Positions 26,570 through 39,387 of a stretch of DNA of 64,000 bases are shown in pieces. Location: positions 98,828,001-98,892,000 of the forward strand of contig OZ024740.1 in assembly GCA_964016885.1 (NCBI GenBank), given 5' to 3'. A model generated the notes under the pieces. The model did not search any database and was not told the origin of the DNA. It saw nothing but the letters and a program-made list of their open reading frames with translations. How positions within the stretch are numbered: position 1 is the first letter of the stretch; the number at the start of each line of letters is the position of its first letter. The stretch is from Eledone cirrhosa (lineage: Eukaryota). The translations under genes were made by a program, and so were the position numbers.

Positions 26570-26975
26570 TTTGATAGTTTTATATAGTTTAGATAGTGTG
26601 TTTCGATATATTGTAGTGCAATATTGCCTATGTAGTAATTACAGTGTTATAATAACATAGTGTAGTAAAATGCATTTTAATGTAATGTAAGAGAATGAAA
26701 TGTGATGTAGTCTAATGCAATAGTATATAGAGCACTATAATGTAATAATATATAATGTAGTGTTGTTGAATGAAATGTAACACAGAGCAGTAAGACATAA
26801 TGAGTATAATGTGGTGTTGCAGAAAGTAATGTAACCTAGTATAGTGTAAAGTGGACTATAGTGTAGTATAATATACTACAAGTGAATGGAATGGTACTCT
26901 GTTGATTCAGCAAAGTTGTGTGGTTTAGTATAGTGAAGTTTACTGTAGTTTAACATAGATTAGTGAATAGTATTT
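26570..26975. repeat. Degenerate pentanucleotide (TAGTG/TAATG-like) simple repeat
   Basis: Loose 5-bp periodicity. A similar tract lies at 35995-36180. Confidence 0.6.
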
Positions 26976-27309
26976 TAACCATATCGATTCCTATTCACTC
27001 CATATAGCTTTTGATTCTATGAAGCAAATCTATCCATTATAATTACATGTCCTTTGCTCTCCTCATTCACTATTTAGATTAAAATCTTTCAGCATAATTT
27101 GATATGTATAAGTTATGTGACAAATTCTATTTTAATAATGAAATAATAATTTAATAAATTCAAATTCTCCCTAAATGAATTGAAATATTACATTCAAAAT
27201 ATGGTAGCAGAAGGATTACAACAATTTCTAATTTTTAGTTTGATGAAATCTGTTCAGTAAAATAACTTTCTATACCAATTTAGATGTGGCTGTAAACTAT
27301 TCACAGGTA

Positions 27310-27541
27310 AAACCTTTAGCATTCTCATTACTCTATATTTACTATTATATTATTATGGTAAAGGTTTTAACTCGCACAATTATCTCCCATAATATCGAAT
27401 CTGTGAGATTTTGATATTATTTATTTTGAGAACAATACCTTAACATTAGTATGAGCAGCTGGTTACAGCTGGTTTGAACAAAACAGAAAGAGGTGAAAGA
27501 ATTCTTGCTGGATACGACTGGTTTAAATGCTAAATGGTTAA
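27310..27541. mobile_element. piggyBac-like MITE, opposite orientation to the 16638 copy
   Basis: Ends CCTTTAGCATT ... TTTAAATGCTAAATGGTTAA. Interior is reverse-complement similar to 16638-16864. Confidence 0.6.
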
Positions 27542-28399
27542 AACTTATTGAATAGGCCTAAAGTCAAAAACATTCCATCTTTGACCATCATTTCATTTCT
27601 ATCTAAGAGTATATTATATGTCTCCTTTCTATTTTAAAATAGCTAAGGGTAACTTGGCTGCTATTTGTAGCAGATCTAACAACTACTTAGCAGGTTTCAC
27701 TAGTATTTTATATTGGGGTAGTATAGTGCAATATAGCTCCAGGTCTGTACCAATAGAACACTCTTCGTATCAAAGGTATTCCCAATATGACCACCCTGCC
27801 TTCTTTTCATTTGTAATGTATGGTGACCACAGTAACTACTATGCTCTTCCTTTTATAATTGGTTTAATCACTAGCAGGCCCAATGATCATGTAGAGACCC
27901 CCCCCCCCCTCATTGGTGTGTAAGTGTACTTAACTGTTGTGAAATGTAGTGTAATCTAATTTAGTTTTTGTTTTCCTTGTGTAAAATAGTTCAGTGCATT
28001 ATTGTGAAATATAAAATGCATTATAGCAAATTACAATATGATCCTATACAGTGCAATTTAAAGAAGGGTTGCATGCAATAGTGTATTTAGCTATAAACTA
28101 AACAGGTTACATCTTAGGGCCTCACAGGCTAAATGGATCTTTCAAATCTGTATTAATTATTAGTTGTATTTGTTTGGCAAGTGAATTTATCTCAGTAAAT
28201 ATGTTGAAATTGAAACATTTACATCAGGGAAGAACAATTTGTGTCATGTACATCACATAAAAACTTTTTTGTTTACTTTTTTTCTTCATTCCCATCACTG
28301 CCTTTCTTGGCTTAGCTGAAGGGTACCCTAATTTTGTAAAGTAGTAGTAGTTACTCAATAAAATTCAATAAGTTCATCCTGTAAAGTTGTTGCATTGGT

Positions 28400-28695
28400 G
28401 TCACAATAAAATGCAACCAGCCCACATTTTAAAATTGTAGTGTTGGTGTTCTGATAAAATGCACCCAGCTCAATCTATAAAGTGGTAGTGCTGGTGCCAG
28501 ATTAAAAAGCACCCAGTCCATCCAACATATGCTGTTGGAATTAGGTAGGGTATCCAGCTGAGGAAACCATGCCAAAATGGAAAGTATGAGTAGGACGTGA
28601 TCATTTGACCTAACATATCTGAGAAAGTGACAACCCATCTAACCTATGCCATCATGGAAAATAAACATAAAATTGGTGGTGGTGATAATGATGAT
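28400..28695 (+). mobile_element. SINE/RTE tail fragment
   Basis: Tandem AAAAGCACCCAG..AAAGTGG subrepeats, TTAGG.AGGG.ATCCAGCTG, terminal stem-loop and degenerate (GAT)n. Confidence 0.65.
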
Positions 28696-29079
28696 ATGAA
28701 GTGTCAAAATGTTCATCGCACCATTGCAACCAGATCCTTGTGGAGCAATGAAAATTCCAACAAATAATGTAACAAAATATTTATTTTAATGTTTTAAAAA
28801 CACTTTTGTGTGTTTGTAGAAGGCTAAAATGGCTTCTCCATGAAGAATTGCTTTTGTTTTATATATTTGATCTAGTATCATATAAATAAATTATAATTAA
28901 TCTATCTGATACCAAAATGCCTAAAACTACTCTTGCTTCTATGATACAAAACTATTTCAAAATGTTTATATTCATCTAAAAACATTCCTTTATAGGTTTA
29001 TGTAAGAACTCTTGTTAAGTTATGTTCCAAACATCAGCTTAATAATGAGAAAAGTAGTCATGTTATTATTACCTCAAAA

Positions 29080-29408
29080 AGGGTGGTGGATTGGCAATAT
29101 CGGTAGAGGGTCGGACGCCATGCTTTGACGCATAGAGTTATGGCCCTTGCCATTCTGAGTTCAAATCCCGCTGAGGTTAACTTTGCCTTTCATCCTTACG
29201 TGGTCGATAAAATAAAGTACCAGTAATGCACTAGTTAATTGCTGGTCTTGTGCCAAAAGTAGAAACAGTTATTATTACCTCAAAATTATAGGTGGTGGAT
29301 TGGCAGTATCAGTAGAGTGTTGGACGCCATGCTTTGCAGCATAGAGTTACGCTCTTTTACGGTCTGAGTTCAAATCCTTCCGAGGTTAACTTTGCCTTTC
29401 ATCCTTAT
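29080..29408 (+). mobile_element. Two tandem Meta-domain SINEs (full and 3'-truncated)
   Basis: Copies at 29080-29267 and 29290-29408. The 18-bp direct repeat GTTATTATTACCTCAAAA flanks the first copy (TSD-like). Confidence 0.8.
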
Positions 29409-30192
29409 CTTCAAAATTAATTGAAACTCATGTGGAATGAACTGAATTAGAAATATGATAATGAAAGATTTAAATAATGATTTAAACCCAATTAACTAAA
29501 TTAACAGTTCACATGAATTAATTGGACACAGTTATTTTATTATTTACACATGTTTAAAGAAATTCCTTATTTTATAATTATGTTTAACTCTTTCATTACC
29601 AACTTACCTGAACTGTGATTCTATGATACATAACCAATTAAAACCTTCCATCATGATTCTGTGTTAGAGACTTTCATTCAATTAGTCTAAACAACAGATT
29701 GATAATTACAACAGCTAAAAATAGGACCATAGAAGGATTAAATGTTAATTCTTCTTGTTTGTTTTTTCTGTTACTTATGTGCTTATTTGTTTGTTGTTTG
29801 TTTACGTATATGGTATGTCATGGTCCTGTATCTAATGAGTGATGAGGGAGTTGTAGGTGTGCCATATTGACATAAAGTATTTCTTAGGGCAATTTTAAAC
29901 CTGGCAGAGCCCATCCCCTCTGCAGGCTTGAGTAAAGCAGATTTTTTTCCAGTAAAGGATAGAGAGTGACAAAATGAATGTCAGAAAGAGATATAGAAGA
30001 AGAATCAACTCTAGTAGTAGACTGGTACATTTTTTATCAACCTCGAATAGATGAAAGGTAAAGTTAACCTCAGCAGAATTTGAACTGCAAGAGCAGTGAA
30101 CTAAAACGAATACAGCAAAGAATTTTATCTGATGCTCTAATGACTCTGTATTTTTGCCGCCTACCTATTATGCCATTTACCTATTATGATGC

Positions 30193-30408
30193 TTAACCCT
30201 TTAGCATTTAAACCGGCTATATCCGGCCAGAATTTTCTCACCTCTTTCTGTTCAAACTTGCTGTAATTGGCCGTTCATACTGATGTTAAGGTATTGTTCT
30301 CAAAATAAATAATATCAAAATCTCATAGATTTGATATTATGTGAGATAAAGCCTTTACCGTGAAACTACAAAAGTAAGTATAAAGTGATGTAAATGATAA
30401 GGGCTTAA
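30193..30408. mobile_element. piggyBac-like MITE
   Basis: TTAA|CCCTTTAGCATTTA ... TAAATGATAAGGGC|TTAA, similar to 16638-16864. Confidence 0.7.
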
Positions 30409-30985
30409 TATTTAATCAAATTTTTTCCTTTCCTTTCTTTACATTCTTTTTACTGGTTTCCTTTATATGACTGTAACCATGCAGGGGTACCAATTTGAAT
30501 GGATTTATTTGATCATATCAGTCCCAGTACAATTTTGTTTTGTCAAGTCATGTACTTACTTTATTAATCTCTATTTGTTGAACTGCTAAGTTATCGTACA
30601 TAAACAAACACAGATTGGGTATACACACATATAGACACATGTAATTAGAGATATATTTTGCTACTGTCAAGTAAAGGAGCCACTCACTGTGTGATTGTTC
30701 ATTCTGGTAGAAATAGTAGACAAATCCTCTTTATTCACATCTTGCTGTTTTCAAAATAGAATAAAACATTCGCTATAGTTATACGAAACAGGGGATTCAA
30801 GCTGTTGATCTGGATTTCTTGCCTTTTTACTGACACTGTTGTTCAGTTTGTTTCCAGTTTCTCTATTTACCCTTGTTCTCTTTTCATTGCATCGTTATCA
30901 AAATATGTGATACAATTAACAGTTCACTTTTGTCAGGAAAACTGTTAGATATTTTCTAGGTAATGGATAATATAATTGATTCAAC

Positions 30986-31195
30986 TTTAGGCACAAGGCC
31001 AGCAATTTGAAGGGGAGGGGAAAGTTGATTAAATCAACCCCAGTGCGTTACTGGTGCTTTATTTATTGACACCATAAGGATGAAAAACAAAGCTAACCTC
31101 AGCAGGATTTGAACTCAGAACGTGAAGGGTTATAACTCTATGTTGTGAAGCATGGTGCCTGACACTCTACTGATATTGCCAATCTACAACCCTTT
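30986..31195 (-). mobile_element. Meta-domain SINE
   Basis: Reverse complement of the 6531-6752 family. Confidence 0.8.
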
Positions 31196-33463
31196 AATAT
31201 TGAAAGTACTATGTCTGAAAAATAAATGTCAGGATGATCTTGGCTGGAACAACATTGATCATTGATTTGTTTGAACATAGTTGATCTGGAGATAAACAAC
31301 AACAACAATTATAGGAGGGGGCCCTCGTCTTTCTCGAAGAAATTTTGCCTCAGATATTGCACTGCTATTTTTGTTGTTGTTCTTTTATTGAACTACCTTA
31401 CTCCACATGAAGGACGATGTGGTATGAATGCTTTTATTGCTTCTAACCATACTGCAGTTTGTGGTGATCTTATTTGCGCCATTCACTAATTTGGTAATTA
31501 TCTCAGACCTGCACAGGGTCTTTGGAGTAACTTAATGCAGTAGAGCTCATAAATAGGGAATTACTTCAGATAGAGATGTGACTTCCCGAACTGAGAGATC
31601 ATAACTCCAATACTATAGAATCACTGGACAGAATCTACTGTCAGGTGACCCAGGGATAGACTCCATGCAAGATGGTTGGATCACATCCAGGAGGTTGGTC
31701 ATGCATGGGGTTTCAATTTGAGATAGTTGCTTCTGACAGAACCCACAGGAAAGCATGCTTGAGTACTCTACCCCAACGACCCTTCCAGGAATAGGTGGGC
31801 AAAGAAGAAGAAGAAGAACTGAACTATAAATGATAGTCCTGTTGCTGCGTCAAAGAGGTATAGAGGTATTACCAATTCAAAGAGATAATGTATTTATTTA
31901 TATTTTTGGCTAAATGATTTAAGTTGTGATAAATTTGAATGTAGTCTATATCTATTATTTCCCTTTGTGATCCACCATTTGATACATTTCTGTGTTGTTT
32001 GGTAATATTTCTACACATTCCAGCATTCCATTTATCTTCCTCCAAATGTGCCCAGTTCACACTGTAAATGTAGTTGGCATTAGGAAAGGCATCCAACTGA
32101 AGAAACCAAACCAGAAATGGCTCTATGTGAGCAAAACATATCATCTGACATGGAAAATTGGACATCAAATGTGATGATGATGATGTGTGTGTGTGTGTGT
32201 ATATACATATATATATACAAAAAGCAAATTTTCTCACACTCATCTATCTCTTTATTTCTTCTTTAATTTCTCTTTCTATTTTCTGATGAAGGACTAGCAA
32301 CCAAAACTTTAAGACTATATTAAGCATAAAACTAATATACATCGTCATTGTTTTGTTTTTTCACACACACATATATATAAGTTCATATCCACTCACTTTG
32401 CTGAAAACTCATAGCTATATTGTTAGGAAATTAAAACAAAATCTTAAATATGTACTCTATTATAGATATGGAGTTCTTTCCCCCATAAATCTGAACCTAA
32501 AACATAAATATATAGATTTGTACCTGTGATAGTTATGGCTCTGCTGTATATCTCTAACTTTCCTAGTACAAATCATGAGAATCTGAGCTTAACAGAACCA
32601 GAATGAACTTTGCTAGTTTGGAAGTTGCAAATACAGTCCATAATGGAATTGTAAAAATATGTAAAACATTTCACAAATTCACCATGTAATAACTTCATAT
32701 ACACAAACTTATACAGAAATATATGCATATATCTCAAAACATACAGATTCACACAAGCAATAACACCCATACCACAACACATGTACACACGGACACGTAC
32801 ACACATACGTACCTAGTTTTTTGTTTTCTGAATTCCAATGAAAGAATCTTGTTTCTATGTTAGAAACCAACTCTCTCTATATTTGTAGAAATTTATAAAA
32901 TAATGAAACCATAAGAACATACATACAAGCATATATATACACACACATACATATATACATACATATGTAACATAACATATATACATATACACATGTCATA
33001 TTTTACCTTCCAGAAATGGCAGGTCATTAGACTAAATTCTAAAAGAATCTGACATCTCTTTGTTAGTTCTGAATTAAAATACTGACAGGATTTTAATATC
33101 ATTGCTTTCTCTCCCTAGTGATCAATTAAATCAACATTGATAGCATACTAGTATCAAATCCTATAACTATGCTTATCCTCCTTAAAAAGATTGTAACCTT
33201 GTGACAATAAGGGAAAGATTGAGGTAGCAGAAATACAAGAGTATTAAGCTTAATATTTTTTTCTGTTTTCCTCACTTCTAAGTTCAAATCCTAACTGAAT
33301 TGTCATTGAGTTGTATCCTTTCAATCACAAGCGGCATAGCATTGCCCTGGTTCTTTATTATAAAGGTGTTTATTTTAAAATGTTTGTATTTATATACTAA
33401 TCCTCCAATCATAGTTTTATGTAAGAAACTTTGTAAAGTTATGTTTCAAATACCAGTTTCTGA

Positions 33464-33667
33464 TTTAGGCACAAGGCCAGCAATTTTTGAGGAAGGGAAT
33501 GTCGATGAAACTGACCCCAGTGTATTACTGGTACTTTATTTTCTTGACCCTGTAAGGATGCAAAGCAAATCTAACCTCAGCATGATTCGAACTTAGAACA
33601 TAAAGGGCTGTCATTCGATGCCGTGAAGCATGGTGTCTGACGCTCTACTGATTCTGCCAATTCACCA
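33464..33667 (-). mobile_element. Meta-domain SINE
   Basis: Reverse complement of the 6531-6752 family. Confidence 0.8.
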
Positions 33668-36600
33668 ATTTAATAATGAAAATGTTAGTTGTGTTACTAA
33701 TACACTCTTGATTTTTTTAAAATCAGAGACAGTATTTTCATTAGAAAATTGGTAATGAAAGGATTGATCTTTCAATATCAATAACATAAGTGCACAATCG
33801 ACTGTTCATTCATTAAAAAAAATGCTTATTAGTCATATATATGATGGGTTTCTAAGCAGTTTCTATCAACCAAATTCAATTTTCAAAGAACTTGAAAATT
33901 TGGGACTATAGTGTAAATTATTTGCTAAAGATATCATGCAGTGAGATTTAATATGGAAGCACCTGGTTACAAGATGAAACACTTAACCACATAGCTATGC
34001 ATGTGACCATTAAGTGTAGCTTCCCCTACTTAATGATGGATTTTATATTTTCTTTATACAATATAGATATTTACTTCTGCCTCAAATATAAACAGGACAT
34101 ATTATGCCTGAATGGTTGAGAAGCTTGTTTCAGAATTATGTGGTAGCAGATTTGGCCCCATTGCTCGGCATCATAGGCAAGTATCTTTTGCTAAAGGCTT
34201 AGTTCAACCTACACCTTGTAAGTGAAATTGGACTGATAGAAACTGTATAGAAGCCTGTCAAATGGACTGTAAGTGTAATTCACAGGTGAATATGCCTCTG
34301 AATTATATTAATGTTACAGTACTTGTATCTGTCGAATACTCAGCCATTTACATGTTACTTCAATGATTAGGCAGTTTCATTGACTAAACAACAGGATCAA
34401 TCATTGTTGAAACTTACAGAAGTTCATTTATCTTAAATATAAAGAGACAAGGGAAAGGATGGATTGAAGTTATAGGATCACTAATTGTACACTTTCTAAC
34501 AAAGTTACCCCCATTTAATATTCCACTATACATTTCTATGTCCTGATGCTTGGGCCAACAAGCTAGAAATAACAGCTTAAACTCCCTTAAATCATACACC
34601 TACTAATGAATAATGTGGCCATGGATTGCATGTACATAGGAAAAATACCCAACTGGAATGCATGTTATCATATATCTGTTTGATAAGGGCTAAACAACAA
34701 CAAACTCTTCATACAGAGTTAAAGAGAGAGCATCTATGTGATCATTCTTTATACTAAAAATAGCAGATAAATCTTCCTATCTTTAATTGGGAGAGACATT
34801 GTAGTTATTCATGTATTTAATCAATTTAACATCTGTATAAAGCTTATAGCAGAAAAATAATAATATGCCATGTTGGCATAATAAGAATAAGAGGTATTGT
34901 GTTATAGATGATTGTACACGAGGTATTGAAGTATCAATAAATGTAATGATTTATTATATGTGAGAGAGAAGGCAATGTTAGTTGAATTGAGGTTCATTGT
35001 AAGTTCCAGGTTCTGTTGCTGCAGTGATAATAACTCTGGAAAGAATCTTTCCATATCACATTTAAAGGCTATGGCTGTGATAATAACATCACAAGACTGT
35101 AGGGTTTTTCCACATATTTTATTTACAATCGATACAAAGTAGAATTGAGTTGAGTTGAGCTGACATGTCAAACAATTAGTAACAAACAAAATTGAGAGTT
35201 AGACTGACATGTCATCGACTAGGCCGAAGTGGAGTTGTTGTTGTTACATAATGGCTAGTGGTCGAACGTCAAGGATAAAAATGGTGTTTACCATTCTACG
35301 ATTAAAGCAGCAATTCTTTTGTGAAAACAAAAGAAGCGGGAAAATCTTTGTTTTGGTGGAAATTGAAATATATATCCGCGCGCGGCTTATGATTGGCCTA
35401 ACTTAGCCAAATCTGGCACGAATAGCTTATTAATATGCCAAGCAAGTAGCTTCACTACAAGCTAGTAGGTGATGACAGACTAGGGAAAGTAACTAGTATT
35501 TCTTAGAGTTGAGAAAAAAAAACCAAGATATCCAGAAATAAGTGAATATAAAAATAAAAATAAATTAATAAAGAAGGCCAATTGAATACAAAATAAGCTT
35601 GAAATATATAAAGTAAAAATGGAAAGCAAGGAAAGCTTGAAAGCTGCTAGGAGGTTCTGTTGAATCTTTTTGTGGCTTTCATGTACTGAAAGATTTTATT
35701 TATAACTGGTAGATGTCCTCTCTCTCAGACTGATAGTTTTTAAATTGGAACAATTCGTGCCAAAGTGTTTCTGCGAAGTCAACACAAGGACATAGAGGTG
35801 ATACTCTACGACCAGTTCATGATAAAATGTAATTCAATGGTATATGTGTTGAGAAAGTGGAAGATTGAAATTTGAGAGATTATCTCTAGATTCTTTCCCA
35901 AAATGTTCCCACCCATGAGTGATTATAAACTATCAGCAATTAGAAAGCCTTTTTTCCATGGCATTTTCCATGGATGAATGGTGTAGAATTTGTGTTGGGT
36001 GTAGTATGGTGCTGTATCATATAGGATGGTGCTGTATGATATAGTATAGGATATAGTATAGAATATAGTATAGTTCTGTGTGGTATAGTATGGTGCTTTA
36101 TGTTTCAGGGTACTGAATGTAGTGCTGTATAATGCAGTATAGTACTGTATATTATAGCATGGTGTAGATTATGTACATAGTCTCTATTTTCAGTTTGAGC
36201 ACAGGTAAACAGGTGGATGGTGAATGGTGAGTGGAAGGAGTTGAATGGATGTAAGTAGCTGTTTGTAAGTAGTTGGTTTAAGTATTATTTAAAAAGAGTA
36301 ATTGGTGAAGTTATTGTTGTTATTATAGTCTCCATTAAAAAACAAATATCAAAATAGCGCTACTTCCACCAGATGATAGATCCAACATTTTTTTCCTTGA
36401 ATTAAAATTCTACTTTGAAGAAACAAGGGGTGCAAGAAAAGTAAGAAAGTGATAAAGAAAGTAGGACCATATGTGAAGAATAGAGAGAAGGGATGGGCAG
36501 AGGGAGGAGAGACAGGAGAGAGAGGAAAAGATAATATAAAAATCACTAACAATAAGAATATAATTATACAAAGGAACTGTATATTTACCTTTTAGTTATT

Positions 36601-36861
36601 TAAAGAGAAAAACAAAAAAATGTCTATTCTGTCTACCTTACGAACAATTTGTTGCTACCATTTTGACACATATCTTATGAGATCTACTAGATTTGACAAG
36701 CTGGACATTACCAACTCCCAAACCACATACACACACTCTTTCTCTGTATTTATTTCTAGCGCCTTCTCTTTTTTTTTCTTTGAATATATACATACACACA
36801 CACATGTTATATATACACATATATGAACACACATATATGTATATATATTATATATTTAGAC

Positions 36862-36892
<31 letters not shown>

Positions 36893-37018
36893 ATATATAT
36901 ACATATATGTGCGTTCATATATATATATACACACACACACACATATATATACACATATATGAACGCACATATATGTATATATATTATATATATACATATA
37001 TATTATATATATACATAC

Positions 37019-37050
<32 letters not shown>

Positions 37051-37198
37051 TTACATGTATGTAATGTGTGTGTACTAATATATTTACCTATTGAAGTAAT
37101 TTTTCTTTCCGCTTTCTTTTCTACTGCTCCTTCCCCTCCTGTTATCTCTGTATACACATACATACACATACTCTCTATTTATACAGATATTAATTTAT

Positions 37199-37231
<33 letters not shown>

Positions 37232-37935
37232 CCATGCATCATCCTTTTATGTCTGCTCTCTATACCAGCTAGCATGGGTTGGATAGGTTATCATGCGTTG
37301 AGACTGGATGAGATGGAGAACCTTGTCTCACTCATACATTCCATTTTCACATGATTTTTACAGCTGTATGCTTTCTCTAGCCCGAACCATTTTACAGAGT
37401 CGCTGTTACTTATTATTGTGATGCCAGCACTAACATATTCTCGAATGAACAAAGACCATTTATGGAGCCAGCTTATTAGAAGTTCACTTCACAATTATGT
37501 AGTCACAGGTTCAATTCTACTGTGTGACACATTAAGTTTCTTTTTTTTTTATCAGAATCTTAAGTCACCACAGAAGTTTGAGTAGACAGAAACATTTGCA
37601 TGACCTTTTAGTCATATTTGAGTGATTTATGAAATGAGATATTTTTCTATTCAGACTTCTTTCAAAAGCCTGTCTTGCCATTTACTCCTCTCATCGTCAA
37701 TGAAAGTACTATCAGTAATGTTTCATCATTAACATATCAGGTAGCACACTTGGCCTTGACTTATGATTATTGAGCTGTTTGATTGGTCTATCAGGGACTG
37801 GTGGAGATGGGGTGGGCAGGAGTGGAAATGTGACAGCTGCAATATGTATAGAAGATGAGTTGTATGAGAAAAAACATGAAGAAAATTGATGTAGAAAATT
37901 TAATATAGAGGTTAGTTATGGCTAGTTAATAATTG

Positions 37936-38118
37936 TTTCTACTTTTGGCACAAGGCCAGCAATTATCCCAGTGTATTACTGGTACTTTATTTTATCGACC
38001 CCGTAAGGATGAAAGGCAAAGTTAACCTCGGCGAGATTTGAACTCAGACCATAAAGGGCCGTAACTCTTTGCTGCACGGCATAGCGTCCGACCCTCTACC
38101 GATACTGCCAATCCACCA
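37936..38118 (-). mobile_element. Meta-domain SINE
   Basis: Reverse complement of the 29080 and 55174 copies. Confidence 0.85.
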
Positions 38119-39134
38119 GTTAATAATGAGACACATTTAAATACACATACACACACTCATACAGAAATGTACACTAATTCATAAACACACAAACTTTCTA
38201 GCAATGTGAAACAAAAACCACAAACATATTATACACCTTCACACACACACACACCATCACAAACAAAGTTTCAACACATGCACTCACCTATAAACACAAA
38301 ACAAAAAAAATAAAAACAACAACACATTCTCACATAATATACCTCATCTGCATACACATACTAACACAAATGTTAAACACAGACTCTCTGTCACTATCTC
38401 TGCACTCTCCCCCCTTGCTTGCCTACCTAACTCATCATGATAAACCTTTTTCTTCTTTAACCTTCCAGCCCCCTCTTTCTCTTAACTTTCTTCTTTCCTG
38501 ATGAAGAACTAACATCTGATAAGTTAAACCTTCATTTTTCTTTGCCCAGACATGGCAACTAATTGGACTCTGTGTAGGTATTCAGTGTTTTTTTAATTTT
38601 ATTTTAAGCTTAAGCTCTCTCTATATACACAGAAATATTTATTTATCTAAATATTGACCTTATGCTACTACAAGCATTCAAGTTCATTTATCTATACTCA
38701 GAACAACTGAAGATAGCTAAGAGAACTTGAAACACTTCTAGGTCAAAGTATAAATAATATATTAAAAAGTATTGAGTACTTTGTTGAATAATGGTCTTCT
38801 TAATCATATGGCTGAGACCACACACACACACATATATGTGTGAGATCTTTTTATTTTACTATCATTTATTTTCTTTTGTATTTTAAATTATTTCTTTTTC
38901 TGTCTAGTCTTTTTCCATCATTAACTGACTCAACACATTTTTTTCTTTTCCTCATCCTTACCTTCTTCCTTCTGTCACTCATCTTAATAACATTTCTTTG
39001 TTTTTATTTTTATTTATTTATACAATTGAGGTAGGGCAGACAGCAACTGATGTGTGAATTATTAAAATGGTGATTTACTTTTCAATTGAAACTTTGACAA
39101 TTCATATAAGAAAAGTACTAGTACAATAACAAGT

Positions 39135-39275
39135 TGCGCAGGCATCACACTGCGGTTAAGACGTTTACTGTGCAACCACAGGATTTCAAATTCAGTCACA
39201 CTGCATGACACCTTGAGCAAGTCACTTCTAATATAGGGTTGAGTTGACCAATGCCTTGCAAGGGAAATATATTAG
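39135..39275 (+). mobile_element. Old CORE-SINE
   Basis: tRNA-like head then GACACCTTGAGCAAGTCACTT (CORE motif). Similar decayed copies near 34095-34260 and 37460-37600. Confidence 0.6.
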
Positions 39276-39300
39276 ACAGAAACACATACACCCTCCCCCC

Positions 39301-39387
<87 letters not shown>

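Noticed and set aside
31560-31818. Old LINE 3' end with (AAG)n tail
   Set aside because: Plausible but too degenerate to assign to a clade.
32280-32316. Hammerhead-like CTGATGA-AGG..CC-AAAAC
   Set aside because: GAAA is mutated and stem I is poor, so at best a dead relic. The same applies to ~14740-14770, ~26229-26260, ~38497-38530 and ~38708-38742.
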